Shown: one piece after another, positions 18,693-27,736 of the stretch
Layout of the letters: each line of letters begins with the position of its first letter
Numbering within the stretch: the stretch's first letter is position 1
DNA from: Candidatus Methylomirabilia bacterium
GTDB lineage: Bacteria; Methylomirabilota; Methylomirabilia; Rokubacteriales; CSP1-6
Direction of reading: 5' to 3'
Length of the DNA stretch: 64,000 nt
NCBI GenBank assembly: GCA_041496385.1
Contig: JBGQEL010000012.1
Location: forward strand, 1-64,000
Position numbers and translations under genes: made by a program
The notes under the pieces: generated by a model
Database searches by the model: none
Told to the model about the DNA's origin: nothing
The model's input: the letters and a program-made list of their open reading frames with translations, nothing else

Positions 18693-19889
18693 TCAGCGGT
18701 CGCGAGAGGTCGCGACGGGGCGGGGCGTTTCCCGGGCCGCGAGCCCCAGCAGGTGCGCGGCGACGTCGCGGGCGGCGTGCGGCCGTCGGAGGGCCCGCAT
18801 CGCCACTCGGAGGCCGTCGAGCGCACCGGGCCCGGCCAGCGCCCGGCGCAGCACCTGGGCGAGCTCGGCGGGCGTGCGGGCGGCGAGCGCGATGCCGGCC
18901 TGGACGGCGAACGCCTCGTTGCGCGCCTCGTGGCCGGGGAGCGAGCCGAAGCAGACGATGGGAAGCTCGGCGGCCAACGCCTCGGCCAGCGAGAGGCCGC
19001 CCGCCTTGGTGACGAGGAGGTCCGCGGCGGCCATGAGCTCTCGGACGTTGTCCGCGTAGCCGAGGATCCGAATCCGGCCGGACGCCCCGACCGCCGCGCG
19101 CAGCTGCCGCGCGAGGTCGGCGTCCACGCCGGTGACGACCAGGGCCTCGAGCGGCTGCGGGAGCTCGCGCACGACTCGGGTCACCTCGGGCAGACGCCCG
19201 AGCCGGGTCGCGGCGCCCGCCATCACGAGGACGACCGGCGCGCGGGGGTCGAGGCCGAGCTCGGCCCGCGCCCGCGCCCGGTCGTGCGGCACGGCGAACT
19301 CCGCGCCCACCGGAATGCCCGTCGCGACGGCGCGCGTCGGGGGCAGCCCGAGCGCCACCAGCGCCTCGCGGATCGACTCCGCCGGCACGTAGTGGGCGTC
19401 GGCGTCCGGGTGGATCCACTGGGCGTGGACCACGAAGTCGCTGAAGACGAGCCCGTAGGGCGGGATCGCGACGCCGCGCGAGCGGAGCAAGCCGAGGGCG
19501 CCGGCGGGTGTGGGGTGCGTGCACGCCACGCAATCCGGGCGCTCGGCGTCGAGGAGCCGGGCGAGCTTCGCGCTGCCGAGCCGGTTCGCGTCCAGCGTGA
19601 GTCGCGACGACGGCGTCAGGCGGTCGCCGACGCGGTAGGCGAGGTCCCACAGGATGGGCGCCCGGTGGAGCATCGCCTCGTAGATCCGCTGGCTCCAGCG
19701 TTCGAACGCGGGATGCACGAGCTCGCGGAAGTGGTCCACGATCTTCGTCGAGGCGCCGACCGCGCGGAAGGCGGCGTCGAGCGCGGCGGCGGCGGCGTGG
19801 TGGCCCGAGCCGAAGCCCGCGGTGAGGATGAGGGCGCGCGGCGCGCGGCCCCCTCCGGCGACGCGCGCCGGAGCGAGCTCCGCGCTCAT
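18693..19889 (-). CDS. GT28 glycosyltransferase (MGDG synthase/UgtP-like)
   Basis: LTAGFGSGHHAAA, CTHPTP, DFVVHAQW, TGIPV, VTKAGGLSLAEALA, PGHEARN; ATGA overlap with hpnN. Confidence 0.85.
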   Translation of the reverse strand: MSAELAPARVAGGGRAPRALILTAGFGSGHHAAAAALDAAFRAVGASTKIVDHFRELVHPAFERWSQRIYEAMLHRAPILWDLAYRVGDRLTPSSRLTLDANRLGSAKLARLLDAERPDCVACTHPTPAGALGLLRSRGVAIPPYGLVFSDFVVHAQWIHPDADAHYVPAESIREALVALGLPPTRAVATGIPVGAEFAVPHDRARARAELGLDPRAPVVLVMAGAATRLGRLPEVTRVVRELPQPLEALVVTGVDADLARQLRAAVGASGRIRILGYADNVRELMAAADLLVTKAGGLSLAEALAAELPIVCFGSLPGHEARNEAFAVQAGIALAARTPAELAQVLRRALAGPGALDGLRVAMRALRRPHAARDVAAHLLGLAARETPRPVATSRDR

Positions 19890-22636
19890 GGGCGCGAGGC
19901 GAGGGGGGCGGACTCGAGGTCGGGCGCGGCGGGTACCGGGCGGGGGCGCTGGCGCAGCAGCACGGGCAGCACGATCAGCGAGGCGACGAGGCTCGTGGCG
20001 CTGCCGAGCGTGAGCAGCAGACCCAGGCCGAAGATGCCGCGGTGGTCGGCGACCATGAGGCTGCCGAAGCCCACGACGTTCGAGAGCCCGTTGACCAGGA
20101 CCGCCATCACCGTGCTGCGGGCGATGAGCGGCCCGCCGTGGTCGCGCCCTTCCATGTAGCGCATCACGATGTTCAGCCCGTACTCGGCGGCGGCGCCGAG
20201 GATGAGCGGGAGCCCGAAGACGTTGCCCATGTTGAACTTCAGGTCGAAGAAGTACATCAGGCCGAAGGTCCAGAGCATCCCGAGGCCCAGCGGCAGGAGC
20301 GCCAGGAACGTCTCGCGCACGCGGCGCAGCGCGAGGAAGGTGACGAGCGTGACGAGGAGCACCGCGTACACGGTGCCCTCCTTGTACGAGCGCTCCATGA
20401 AGCGGATCGCCTCGAAGGTGACGACGGGCGTGCCGGTCACCTCGGGGTCGACCGAGCGCAGCTCGGTGACGAAGCGGGTCGCGCCCTCGCGGTCCCAGAT
20501 GTCCACCGCCGGCTCGATCTGGAGGAGGAACCGCCCCTTGTCGCTGATGAACTTGCGCCGGATCTCCGGCGGCACGTCCTTGAGTCCGATGGTCCGCGGC
20601 GCGAGGTTCCCCTGGAGCCGCTGGAAGCTCTTGACGAAGTCGCCGTAGATCTGGTTCTGCAGCACCGTGAGCGCCGGCTCGCTCACCTCCGGATCGGTCT
20701 GGCGCAGGCGGATCATGAGCCGGTCGATCTCTTCGTTGAGATTCTGCAGGCGCAGCTTCGTGTCGCCCTCCGGGGCCTCGTTCGCGGCGATCCCGAAGCG
20801 CCGCCGCAGCGTCTCGAGCGCGGTGACGAGCCGCTCCCGGTCCACGGGCGTCGCGCGCCCCACGCGCACCGACGCGACGATGGGCGCGAAGTCGCGGATG
20901 ATCTTCATCTTCTCGGCCTGCTCCTCGGGGATCAGCAGGAGGGCCGAGTCGACCCCGGAGACCGTCGGGAGCCGGGCGAACGCCGCCTGTTTCCGGCGGA
21001 GCTCGTCGAGCGTGTCGGCGCTCGCCAGGGCCGTGAAGGCCGAGCGCCCCGCGGTGGCCAGGATGCGTTTCTCCCAGGCGACCGATTCGGTGCCGCGGGC
21101 CTGGAGGTTGAGCAGGTTGTAGTCGAACTGGATGTACATCAGGCCCCAGAGCGACACGCCGGTGATCACGGCCGCGAACGCGAGCACCGACTTCGGATAG
21201 CGCACGAGCCGCTCGACGAGCGGGACGTGCACGCGCTCGAGCGCCAGCGCGCGGGGGATCGCGTTCCCGGAGCGGTTCGCGTGCCGGCGATCCACGAGCA
21301 CGAGGACCGCGGGGAAGACGGTCATCATCGAGACCCACGAGAGGAGGATCGCCGTGCCGGCCACGAAGCCGAGCTCCTGGACGCCGCGGAACTCGGTGAG
21401 ACCGAGCACGTAGAAGGTGCCCGCGGCGGTCACCGCGCCGAGCAGCATGCCGGGGCCGCTGCGCGCCGCCGTGATCTCGATCGCCTCCTTGAGGTTCCGG
21501 CCGAGGAACAGCTCCTCCTCGTAGCGGAAGAGGAAGTAGATGCCGTAGTCGATCCCGATGCCGATGACGATCGAGATGAACATGACCGAGAAGAGCGAGA
21601 GGTGACCGATGACGAGCGTCGCCGCGCCCAGCGACCAGCACAGACTCACCGTGAGCACGAGCAGCATCAGCAGAGGCTTGCCGACCCGGAGGAAGGCGGC
21701 GAGCAGGAGGCCGAGGATCAGCGCGAAGGCGAGGATCGTCGCGTTCTCGCTGTCGCGGAAGGCCGCCGTCATCTCGTCGTTGGCGAGCGCGGGCTTGCCC
21801 GTGACCCCGACCTCCACGTTCGGGAACTCGCGCTTCAGCGACGCGATCACGGCGCGGACGCCCTCGATCGCGCGCTGGTCGCCCGTGAAGCTGCCGCGCT
21901 CGGTCTTGGGTTCGGCGAGGATGAAGAGGAGCCGTTGGTCGTCGGAGAGGAAGTAGCCGGCGCCCGGGTTGTCGGCCCCGTCGACCGAGAAGAAGGTGCC
22001 CCAGGGCGAGCGGTACGGCGCGGGCCGGTCGAGCCGCGCCGAGATCTGCCCGACGAGGTCTTCGACGAACTTGAAATCGAGCGAGGCCTTGCCGTCGTTG
22101 AGACCGAGGTCGATGAAGCTGGTGACGAACGCGTTCGCGACCTGGGTCGCGACGCCGTCGACGAGCTGGTCCAGGGTAGGGCGGCCCGCGAAGGCCTCCA
22201 CGAAGTCCTGGTAGTCGAAGATCTTGTCGCGGATCGCCTCGAGCCTCTCCTTCGAGAGGTAGAGGAGGCCGCGTCCCTCGAACTGCTTGGGGTCGATGCG
22301 ATACGCCACGCGCGCGAGCGGCACCTGATGGACACGCAGCTCGCGGGCGAGGCGCTGCGCGTAGACCGTCGCCTCGGGCAGCGACGGCGCCTGGACGACG
22401 ATGGCGAGATCGTCGAGCTGGCCGAACTCCTTCTCGTACTGCCTGTACTTCTCGACGTACGGCTGGCCGGACGGCAGCAGCCGGAGGGCCGAGGTCTGGA
22501 AGGTCATGGTCGTCAGCGTGTAGACGACCGAGACGACGGCGAGAGCCAGCGCCAGGCCGAGCGTCAGCCAGGGCCGGGCGCACGACAGCCGAACAAGGCG
22601 CCGGAGCGGACGGCCGATGCTTCGGGCGACCGCCAC
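19886..22636 (-). CDS. hpnN: MMPL/RND hopanoid transporter HpnN
   Basis: Duplicated MMPL repeats, GIGIDYGI, FDYNLLNLQARGTESV; hopanoid cluster context. Confidence 0.8.
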   Translation of the reverse strand: MAVARSIGRPLRRLVRLSCARPWLTLGLALALAVVSVVYTLTTMTFQTSALRLLPSGQPYVEKYRQYEKEFGQLDDLAIVVQAPSLPEATVYAQRLARELRVHQVPLARVAYRIDPKQFEGRGLLYLSKERLEAIRDKIFDYQDFVEAFAGRPTLDQLVDGVATQVANAFVTSFIDLGLNDGKASLDFKFVEDLVGQISARLDRPAPYRSPWGTFFSVDGADNPGAGYFLSDDQRLLFILAEPKTERGSFTGDQRAIEGVRAVIASLKREFPNVEVGVTGKPALANDEMTAAFRDSENATILAFALILGLLLAAFLRVGKPLLMLLVLTVSLCWSLGAATLVIGHLSLFSVMFISIVIGIGIDYGIYFLFRYEEELFLGRNLKEAIEITAARSGPGMLLGAVTAAGTFYVLGLTEFRGVQELGFVAGTAILLSWVSMMTVFPAVLVLVDRRHANRSGNAIPRALALERVHVPLVERLVRYPKSVLAFAAVITGVSLWGLMYIQFDYNLLNLQARGTESVAWEKRILATAGRSAFTALASADTLDELRRKQAAFARLPTVSGVDSALLLIPEEQAEKMKIIRDFAPIVASVRVGRATPVDRERLVTALETLRRRFGIAANEAPEGDTKLRLQNLNEEIDRLMIRLRQTDPEVSEPALTVLQNQIYGDFVKSFQRLQGNLAPRTIGLKDVPPEIRRKFISDKGRFLLQIEPAVDIWDREGATRFVTELRSVDPEVTGTPVVTFEAIRFMERSYKEGTVYAVLLVTLVTFLALRRVRETFLALLPLGLGMLWTFGLMYFFDLKFNMGNVFGLPLILGAAAEYGLNIVMRYMEGRDHGGPLIARSTVMAVLVNGLSNVVGFGSLMVADHRGIFGLGLLLTLGSATSLVASLIVLPVLLRQRPRPVPAAPDLESAPLASRP

Positions 22637-23710
22637 CTACTCTTCGCCGGCGATGAACCGCTCGAGGCGCGTGTGGGCGACGTCGTCGGTCCACTGCTCC
22701 GGTGGCGACTTCATCAGGTAGGCTGACGGCGCGAGGAGCGCCCCCTTGAGCCCGCGGTCCAGCGCCGTCTGGCAGAGGCGAATCGCGTCGATGACGACGC
22801 CGGCGGAGTTCGGCGAGTCCCACACTTCGAGCTTCAGCTCGATGTTGATCGGCTGGTCGCCGAAGCCGCGGCCCTCGAGGCGGATGTGGGCCCACTTGCG
22901 GTCCTCGAGCCACGGCACGTAGTCGCTCGGGCCGATGTGCACGGCGTCGGCCGGGAGCTCGTGACCCAGCTGCGAGCGGACCGAGTCGGTCTTCGAGATC
23001 TTCTTCGAGACGAGTCGGTCGCGGTCGAGCATGTTGTAGAAGTCGGTGTTGCCGCCGAAGTTGAGCTGGCTCGTGCGCTCGAGCCGGACGCCGCGGTCCA
23101 TGAAGAGCTTGGTGAGGACGCGGTGGATGATGGTGGCGCCGACCTGCGACTTCACGTCGTCACCGACGACGGGCAGCCCGCGCTCCTCGAAGCGCCTGCG
23201 CCAGTAGCTCTCGCGCGCGATGAAGACGGGGATGCAGTTGACGAACGCGCAGCCCGCTTCGAGGACCTGCTCGACGTACCACTTGGTCGCCATCTCGCTG
23301 CCGACCGGCAGGAAGTTCACGACGACGTTCGTCCGCGTCTCGCGGAGGATGCCGACGATGTCGGCCGTCGAGCCGGGCGCCTTCTTGATCATCTGCGAGA
23401 GGTAGTGGCCGAGGCCGTCGTGCGTCATCCCGCGCTGGACGGGCACGCCGAGGTGCGGCACGGTCGCGAAGCGCACCGTGTTGTTGGGCGGCTGGAAGAT
23501 GGCCTCGCCGAGGTCCTTGCCCACCTTGCGCTCGTCGATGTCGAACGCGGCGGAGAACTCGATGTCGCCGACGTGGTAGGCGCCGACCCTCGGATGCATG
23601 AGACCCGGAATGAACTGGTTCTCGGGGGCGTTCCGGTAGTAGTGGACACCCTGGACGAGCGACGATGCGCAGTTGCCGACACCCACGATGGCGACTCGAA
23701 CGGATCCCAC
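22637..23710 (-). CDS. ino1: Inositol-3-phosphate synthase (MIPS)
   Basis: [55 protein letters not shown] start with GAGGGAGG RBS. Confidence 0.93.
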   Translation of the reverse strand: MGSVRVAIVGVGNCASSLVQGVHYYRNAPENQFIPGLMHPRVGAYHVGDIEFSAAFDIDERKVGKDLGEAIFQPPNNTVRFATVPHLGVPVQRGMTHDGLGHYLSQMIKKAPGSTADIVGILRETRTNVVVNFLPVGSEMATKWYVEQVLEAGCAFVNCIPVFIARESYWRRRFEERGLPVVGDDVKSQVGATIIHRVLTKLFMDRGVRLERTSQLNFGGNTDFYNMLDRDRLVSKKISKTDSVRSQLGHELPADAVHIGPSDYVPWLEDRKWAHIRLEGRGFGDQPINIELKLEVWDSPNSAGVVIDAIRLCQTALDRGLKGALLAPSAYLMKSPPEQWTDDVAHTRLERFIAGEE

Positions 23711-23790
23711 GGGCGCCTCCCTCGGCAGGAATACTTTTCGCACAGTGTATCACAGGCTTGGAGGGGGTCCGCGCTCCGGGACGCTCACCC

Positions 23791-24987
23791 TCACGGCGCC
23801 CCCAGGCTCGCGCGGAACCGGTCGCGGATCTGGCGCGGCGTGTGCGGGATCCGCGGGACATCCACCTCCTCCGGCGTGACCTTCGCCAGGACGAAGCCCG
23901 GCCCCGGCCCGGCCAGCGCCGCCCGCACCGCGGCGGTGAGCGCGTCGGGCGTCGCGACCGCCGTCGCGACACAGCCCGCGGCGCGCGCGATCCGGTCGAG
24001 CCGCACCTCGCGCGAGGGGGAGGGCTGGTTGCCGGTCGAGCCGTAGACCTCGTTGTCGAAGACGACGTGCACGAAGCGAGGCGGGCGCAGGCTGCCGATC
24101 GTCCCGAGGATGCCGAGGTTCATCAGGAGGTTGCCATCGCCGTCGAAGACGACCGTCCGCTTCTCGGGCCGGACGAGCGCGAGCCCCAGGCCGATCGCCG
24201 AGGCGAGGCCCATCGAGCCGATCATGTAGAAGTTCTGCGGCCGGTCGGCGAGCGAGAAGGACTCGCGGCAGATGTAGCCGTTCGCGTGGATCACGGGCTC
24301 GTCGCGGAGCTGCCCGATGGCGACGCCGAGCGCGTCGCGCCGCGACATCACCGGCCGCAACTCCTCGTCCGCCCCCGCCTGTCCCGAATGAATGCCTGCC
24401 ACCGGGGCCGGGGTGGTGGTCGGGGGCGGCCCAGTGGGCGTGTCGTTACCGGCAACGGGGCCGCCCCCCCCCACCCCCCCGGCCCCCCTCACGGCGCCAA
24501 GATCGAGGACTCCGGGGGGAACGAGGATCGCGACCGGTGCTTCGCGCGCGTCCATTTCGGCGCGCGCCCACTGCAACAGCTCCTCGACTCCCTCTCGGGC
24601 GAGGACCCGATGGGGGATGCCGTGGAGCTCGAGAAGCTGCGGCGTGATCCGGCCCGTCAGGATGTGCTCGGGCGCGTCCTTGCCCTCGAAGCCGCGCCAC
24701 GTGATCAGCAGCAGGACGGGGAGGCCGTACATGAGGGAGAGCGAAGCCAGGGCGTTCCCGCACGTGCCGAGCCCGGAGTTCTGCATCAGCACCACGGGCC
24801 GCCGCCCGCCGAGCCACGCGCCCGCGGCGAGCCCGATCGCGGCGTCCTCGCGGGCCGCGGCCACGTACGGCGCGCGCGGGCGGCGCTCGAGCGCCGCGAC
24901 GAGGTCCTCGATCAACGAGCAGGGAACGCCGGTGAAGAAATCGAATCCGTGACGCTCGAGCAGCGCGGCGAGCTGGGCGCCCGACAC
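23791..24987 (-). CDS. ThDP-dependent sulfopyruvate/phosphonopyruvate decarboxylase, fused alpha+beta domains
   Basis: FFTGVPCS, LMQNSGLG, TWRG..DAPEH, FYMIGSMGLAS, DGDGNLLMN...DN (ThDP motif), STGNQP. Confidence 0.8.
   Translation of the reverse strand: MSGAQLAALLERHGFDFFTGVPCSLIEDLVAALERRPRAPYVAAAREDAAIGLAAGAWLGGRRPVVLMQNSGLGTCGNALASLSLMYGLPVLLLITWRGFEGKDAPEHILTGRITPQLLELHGIPHRVLAREGVEELLQWARAEMDAREAPVAILVPPGVLDLGAVRGAGGVGGGGPVAGNDTPTGPPPTTTPAPVAGIHSGQAGADEELRPVMSRRDALGVAIGQLRDEPVIHANGYICRESFSLADRPQNFYMIGSMGLASAIGLGLALVRPEKRTVVFDGDGNLLMNLGILGTIGSLRPPRFVHVVFDNEVYGSTGNQPSPSREVRLDRIARAAGCVATAVATPDALTAAVRAALAGPGPGFVLAKVTPEEVDVPRIPHTPRQIRDRFRASLGAP
24404..24488. repeat. G/C-homopolymer-rich palindrome read in-frame in the decarboxylase linker
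   Basis: IR pairs 24404-13/24477-86 and 24422-32/24458-68; C9, C7 and C6 runs. Confidence 0.75.
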
Positions 24988-25021
24988 TATGCCCGGGGGT
25001 GCGCGCGCGGGCCCGGGGCGC

Positions 25022-25660
25022 TCACTTCTGCGAGGTGCGTCGCGCCTGCTCCTCGTGGAACTCGTCCTGCTTGGTCTTCATCTTCCGGACGAGCTCCTGG
25101 TAGGACGACGTCGTGATGATCTTGTTGAACTGGGCGCGGTAGTTCGCGATGAGGCTCACGCCCTCGATGACGACATCGTAGACGAGCCACCGATCGCCAC
25201 TGCGTCGCAGCATCCGGTACTCCACGGGGATGTCGGTGCCGTCCTTGGTGACGAGCTTGCTCCGGACGATCGCCTGATCGTCGTCGATGGTCTCGCCGGT
25301 GTACGTGATCTTCTCGCCGCCGTAGATCTCGATCCTGGAGATGTACGAGCGCTCCAGGAGGTCGGCGAAGAGGGCGACGAACTCCTCGCGCTCCGCGGCC
25401 GTCCGCGACGCCCAGTGGCGCGCCAGCGAGCGTTTCGCGGTCTCGCCGAAGTCGAAGACCTCGTTGGCGATCTTGCGGACGGCCGCGCGCCGCTCCCTGA
25501 CCCGGGTCTCCTTCTTGAGCTCGGGATCCTCGAGCAGTCGCATGACCCGCTCGATCTGGGCCTTGAGCTGCTCCGTGGGCGGGCCCGCCCACGCCGGGGC
25601 CGCGTCCAGCAGCAGCAGGACGGCGGCGGCACAGACGAGGCCCCGGCTCCGTGGCGTCAT
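25022..25660 (-). CDS. mlaC: MlaC/Ttg2D (HpnM-like) periplasmic lipid-binding protein
   Basis: Signal peptide, FDFGETAKRSLARHW, WLVYDVVIEGVSLIANYRAQF. Confidence 0.88.
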   Translation of the reverse strand: MTPRSRGLVCAAAVLLLLDAAPAWAGPPTEQLKAQIERVMRLLEDPELKKETRVRERRAAVRKIANEVFDFGETAKRSLARHWASRTAAEREEFVALFADLLERSYISRIEIYGGEKITYTGETIDDDQAIVRSKLVTKDGTDIPVEYRMLRRSGDRWLVYDVVIEGVSLIANYRAQFNKIITTSSYQELVRKMKTKQDEFHEEQARRTSQK

Positions 25661-25670
25661 CGAGGATCTC

Positions 25671-26111
25671 CTAAACTTTGCCGAAGATGTACTTGGATAG
25701 CAGCTCCTCGAAGTCGACGGGCGCCTCGACCTCGCGGATCCGGCCGTTCGGCTTGATGATCCGATCCGAGCCTCCGGGGCTGATCCGGAGGTATTTCTCG
25801 CCGATCAGCCCCTTGGTCTTGATCGAGGCGATCGAATCCTCCTGCAGCTTCACGCCCTCGTTGATCCGCAGCGTCACGCGCGCCTGGTAGTCCACCAGAC
25901 CGATTGCCTCGATGCGCCCGATCTCGACGCCCGCGATCTCGACGGTCGAGCCCGCCTTCAGTCCGCCCACCGCGGGAAAATCCGCGGTGACGACGTAGGC
26001 GCCGCCGCCGAGCAACGAAACCCGCCCGAGTTTAATCGATAGATACCCCAATGCCAAGATCCCGATCAGCACGAACAGCCCCACCGCGATGTTGACGCGC
26101 GACCGCTCCAT
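25671..26111 (-). CDS. mlaD: MlaD MCE-domain protein
   Basis: VGLFVLIG TM anchor, GGLKAGSTVEIAGVEIG, IKTKGLIGEKY. Confidence 0.9.
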   Translation of the reverse strand: MERSRVNIAVGLFVLIGILALGYLSIKLGRVSLLGGGAYVVTADFPAVGGLKAGSTVEIAGVEIGRIEAIGLVDYQARVTLRINEGVKLQEDSIASIKTKGLIGEKYLRISPGGSDRIIKPNGRIREVEAPVDFEELLSKYIFGKV

Positions 26112-26854
26112 CAGCTTCCCTCCGAGTCTTCCGGGACGCCCCGGATGAACTGGCTCACGACCGGGTTCTGGGACGCCTGGATCGCCGCCGGGGGGCCGAC
26201 CTCGACGATCCGACCCTCGTGCAGCATGGCGACGCTGTCGGCGATCTCGAAGATCTCCGGGATCTCGTGACTCACCATGACGGCCGTGAAGCGGTACTTC
26301 CGGTGGAGATCGAGGATCAGGTGGTGGATCGTGTTGACGAGCACCGGATCGAGCCCGGTCGTCGGCTCGTCGAAGAAGACGATCTCGGGCTCGATGACGA
26401 GCGCGCGCGCGATCGCCACGCGCTTGCGCATGCCGCCGGACACCTCGGCCGGATACTTGTGGCCCATGCCCTCCAGGCCGACCTGCTGGAGCCCGGCCTC
26501 GACGCGCTTGACCACCTCCGCCGCGGGCAGCCGGAGCTTCTCGCGCAGGGGGAAGGCGACGTTGCCCGCGCACGTCATCGAGTCGAAGAGCGCGCCCCCC
26601 TGGAACACGACGCCGTAGCGCCGCCGGATGTCGTCGAGCGCGCGGCCGCGGAGACCGGTGATCTCGACGCCGTCCACGAGCACGCGGCCCGCGTCGGGGC
26701 TCAGCAGGCCGATCAGGTGCTTGAGGAGCACCGACTTGCCGCCGCCGCTCCGCCCGATGATCACCGTGATCGAGCCGGTCGCCATCTCGAGGTCGAGGCC
26801 GCGGAGCACCGGCTGGCCGCCGAACGACTTCACCAGCCCCTCGACCACGATCAT
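26111..26854 (-). CDS. mlaF: MlaF ABC ATPase
   Basis: GRSGGGKS, FQGGALFDS, SGGMRKRV, DEPTTGLDP. Confidence 0.9.
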   Translation of the reverse strand: MIVVEGLVKSFGGQPVLRGLDLEMATGSITVIIGRSGGGKSVLLKHLIGLLSPDAGRVLVDGVEITGLRGRALDDIRRRYGVVFQGGALFDSMTCAGNVAFPLREKLRLPAAEVVKRVEAGLQQVGLEGMGHKYPAEVSGGMRKRVAIARALVIEPEIVFFDEPTTGLDPVLVNTIHHLILDLHRKYRFTAVMVSHEIPEIFEIADSVAMLHEGRIVEVGPPAAIQASQNPVVSQFIRGVPEDSEGS

Positions 26855-26940
26855 GGACTCGCCTCGGACGGCGGGGCCCCAGCCCCGCGACGCCCTGCGG
26901 CTCGCGCGGCCACGATCATCGGCTCGCCTCGGACGGCGGG
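26845..26940. repeat. 31-bp direct repeat duplicating the mlaF RBS and start codon
   Basis: 26845-26875 versus 26910-26940, 2 mismatches. Confidence 0.85.
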
Positions 26941-26941
26941 C

Positions 26942-27736
26942 TCACGGCAGCACCGAGCCCAAGAAGTAGTCCCAGACCAGGATCAGGACCGAGGAGAGCA
27001 CGACCGCGTCCGTCGTCGCCTTGGCGACGCCCTCGGCGCCGTGCCCGACGTTGAAGCCCTTGTAGGTGCAGACCCACATGACGATCACGCCGAAGGACAG
27101 CGACTTCCAGAAGCCGGTCATGATGTCCTTCATGTCGACGAAGGTCTGCATCTCGCCGAAGTACGTGCCCTGGGACAGCCCCAGCAGCTCGACGCCCACG
27201 AGGTAGCCGCCGAAGATGCCGACCGTGTCGAAGATTGCCGTCATCAGCGGGAAGGTCACGATGCCGGCGAGGATGGACGGCGCCACGAGATAGCGCATGG
27301 GGTTGAGCGCCATGACGGTGAGCGCGTCGATCTGCTCGGTGATGCGCATGATCCCGATCTCGGCGGTGAGCGCCGAGCCGGCGCGGCCCGTCACCATGAG
27401 CGCCGCGAGCACGGGACCCAGCTCGCGGATGATCGAGAGCGCGACGGCCGGGCCGAGGTACGCCTCGGAGCCGAAGCGGACGAGCGTCAGGTAGACCTGG
27501 AGCCCGAGGACCATGCCGGTGAAGGAGCCGGTCAGGAGGATGATCAGGAGCGATCGGTAGCCGACGTAGTGGATCCGGTCGATGAACGCCCGGAGCTTGA
27601 ACGGCGGAGTCAGGAGCGCGCCCAGCGCCTCGCCCAGGAAGCTGCCGAAGCGACCGAGCGCCTCGACGATCGCGATCGCCCAGCGGCCGAGGGCGTCGAG
27701 CGGGGCCAGCGCCAGCGGGAGCGGCCGCTCAGTCAT
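26942..27736 (-). CDS. mlaE: MlaE ABC permease
   Basis: IRELGPVLAALMVTGRAGSALTAEIGIMRITEQIDAL; GAEGVAKATT. Confidence 0.92.
   Translation of the reverse strand: MTERPLPLALAPLDALGRWAIAIVEALGRFGSFLGEALGALLTPPFKLRAFIDRIHYVGYRSLLIILLTGSFTGMVLGLQVYLTLVRFGSEAYLGPAVALSIIRELGPVLAALMVTGRAGSALTAEIGIMRITEQIDALTVMALNPMRYLVAPSILAGIVTFPLMTAIFDTVGIFGGYLVGVELLGLSQGTYFGEMQTFVDMKDIMTGFWKSLSFGVIVMWVCTYKGFNVGHGAEGVAKATTDAVVLSSVLILVWDYFLGSVLP

Noticed and set aside
18693..22913. 1406-aa ORF suggesting a giant glycosyltransferase fusion
   Set aside because: Only the last ~398 aa (from ATG 19889) are protein-like. The rest is an alternative frame of hpnN.
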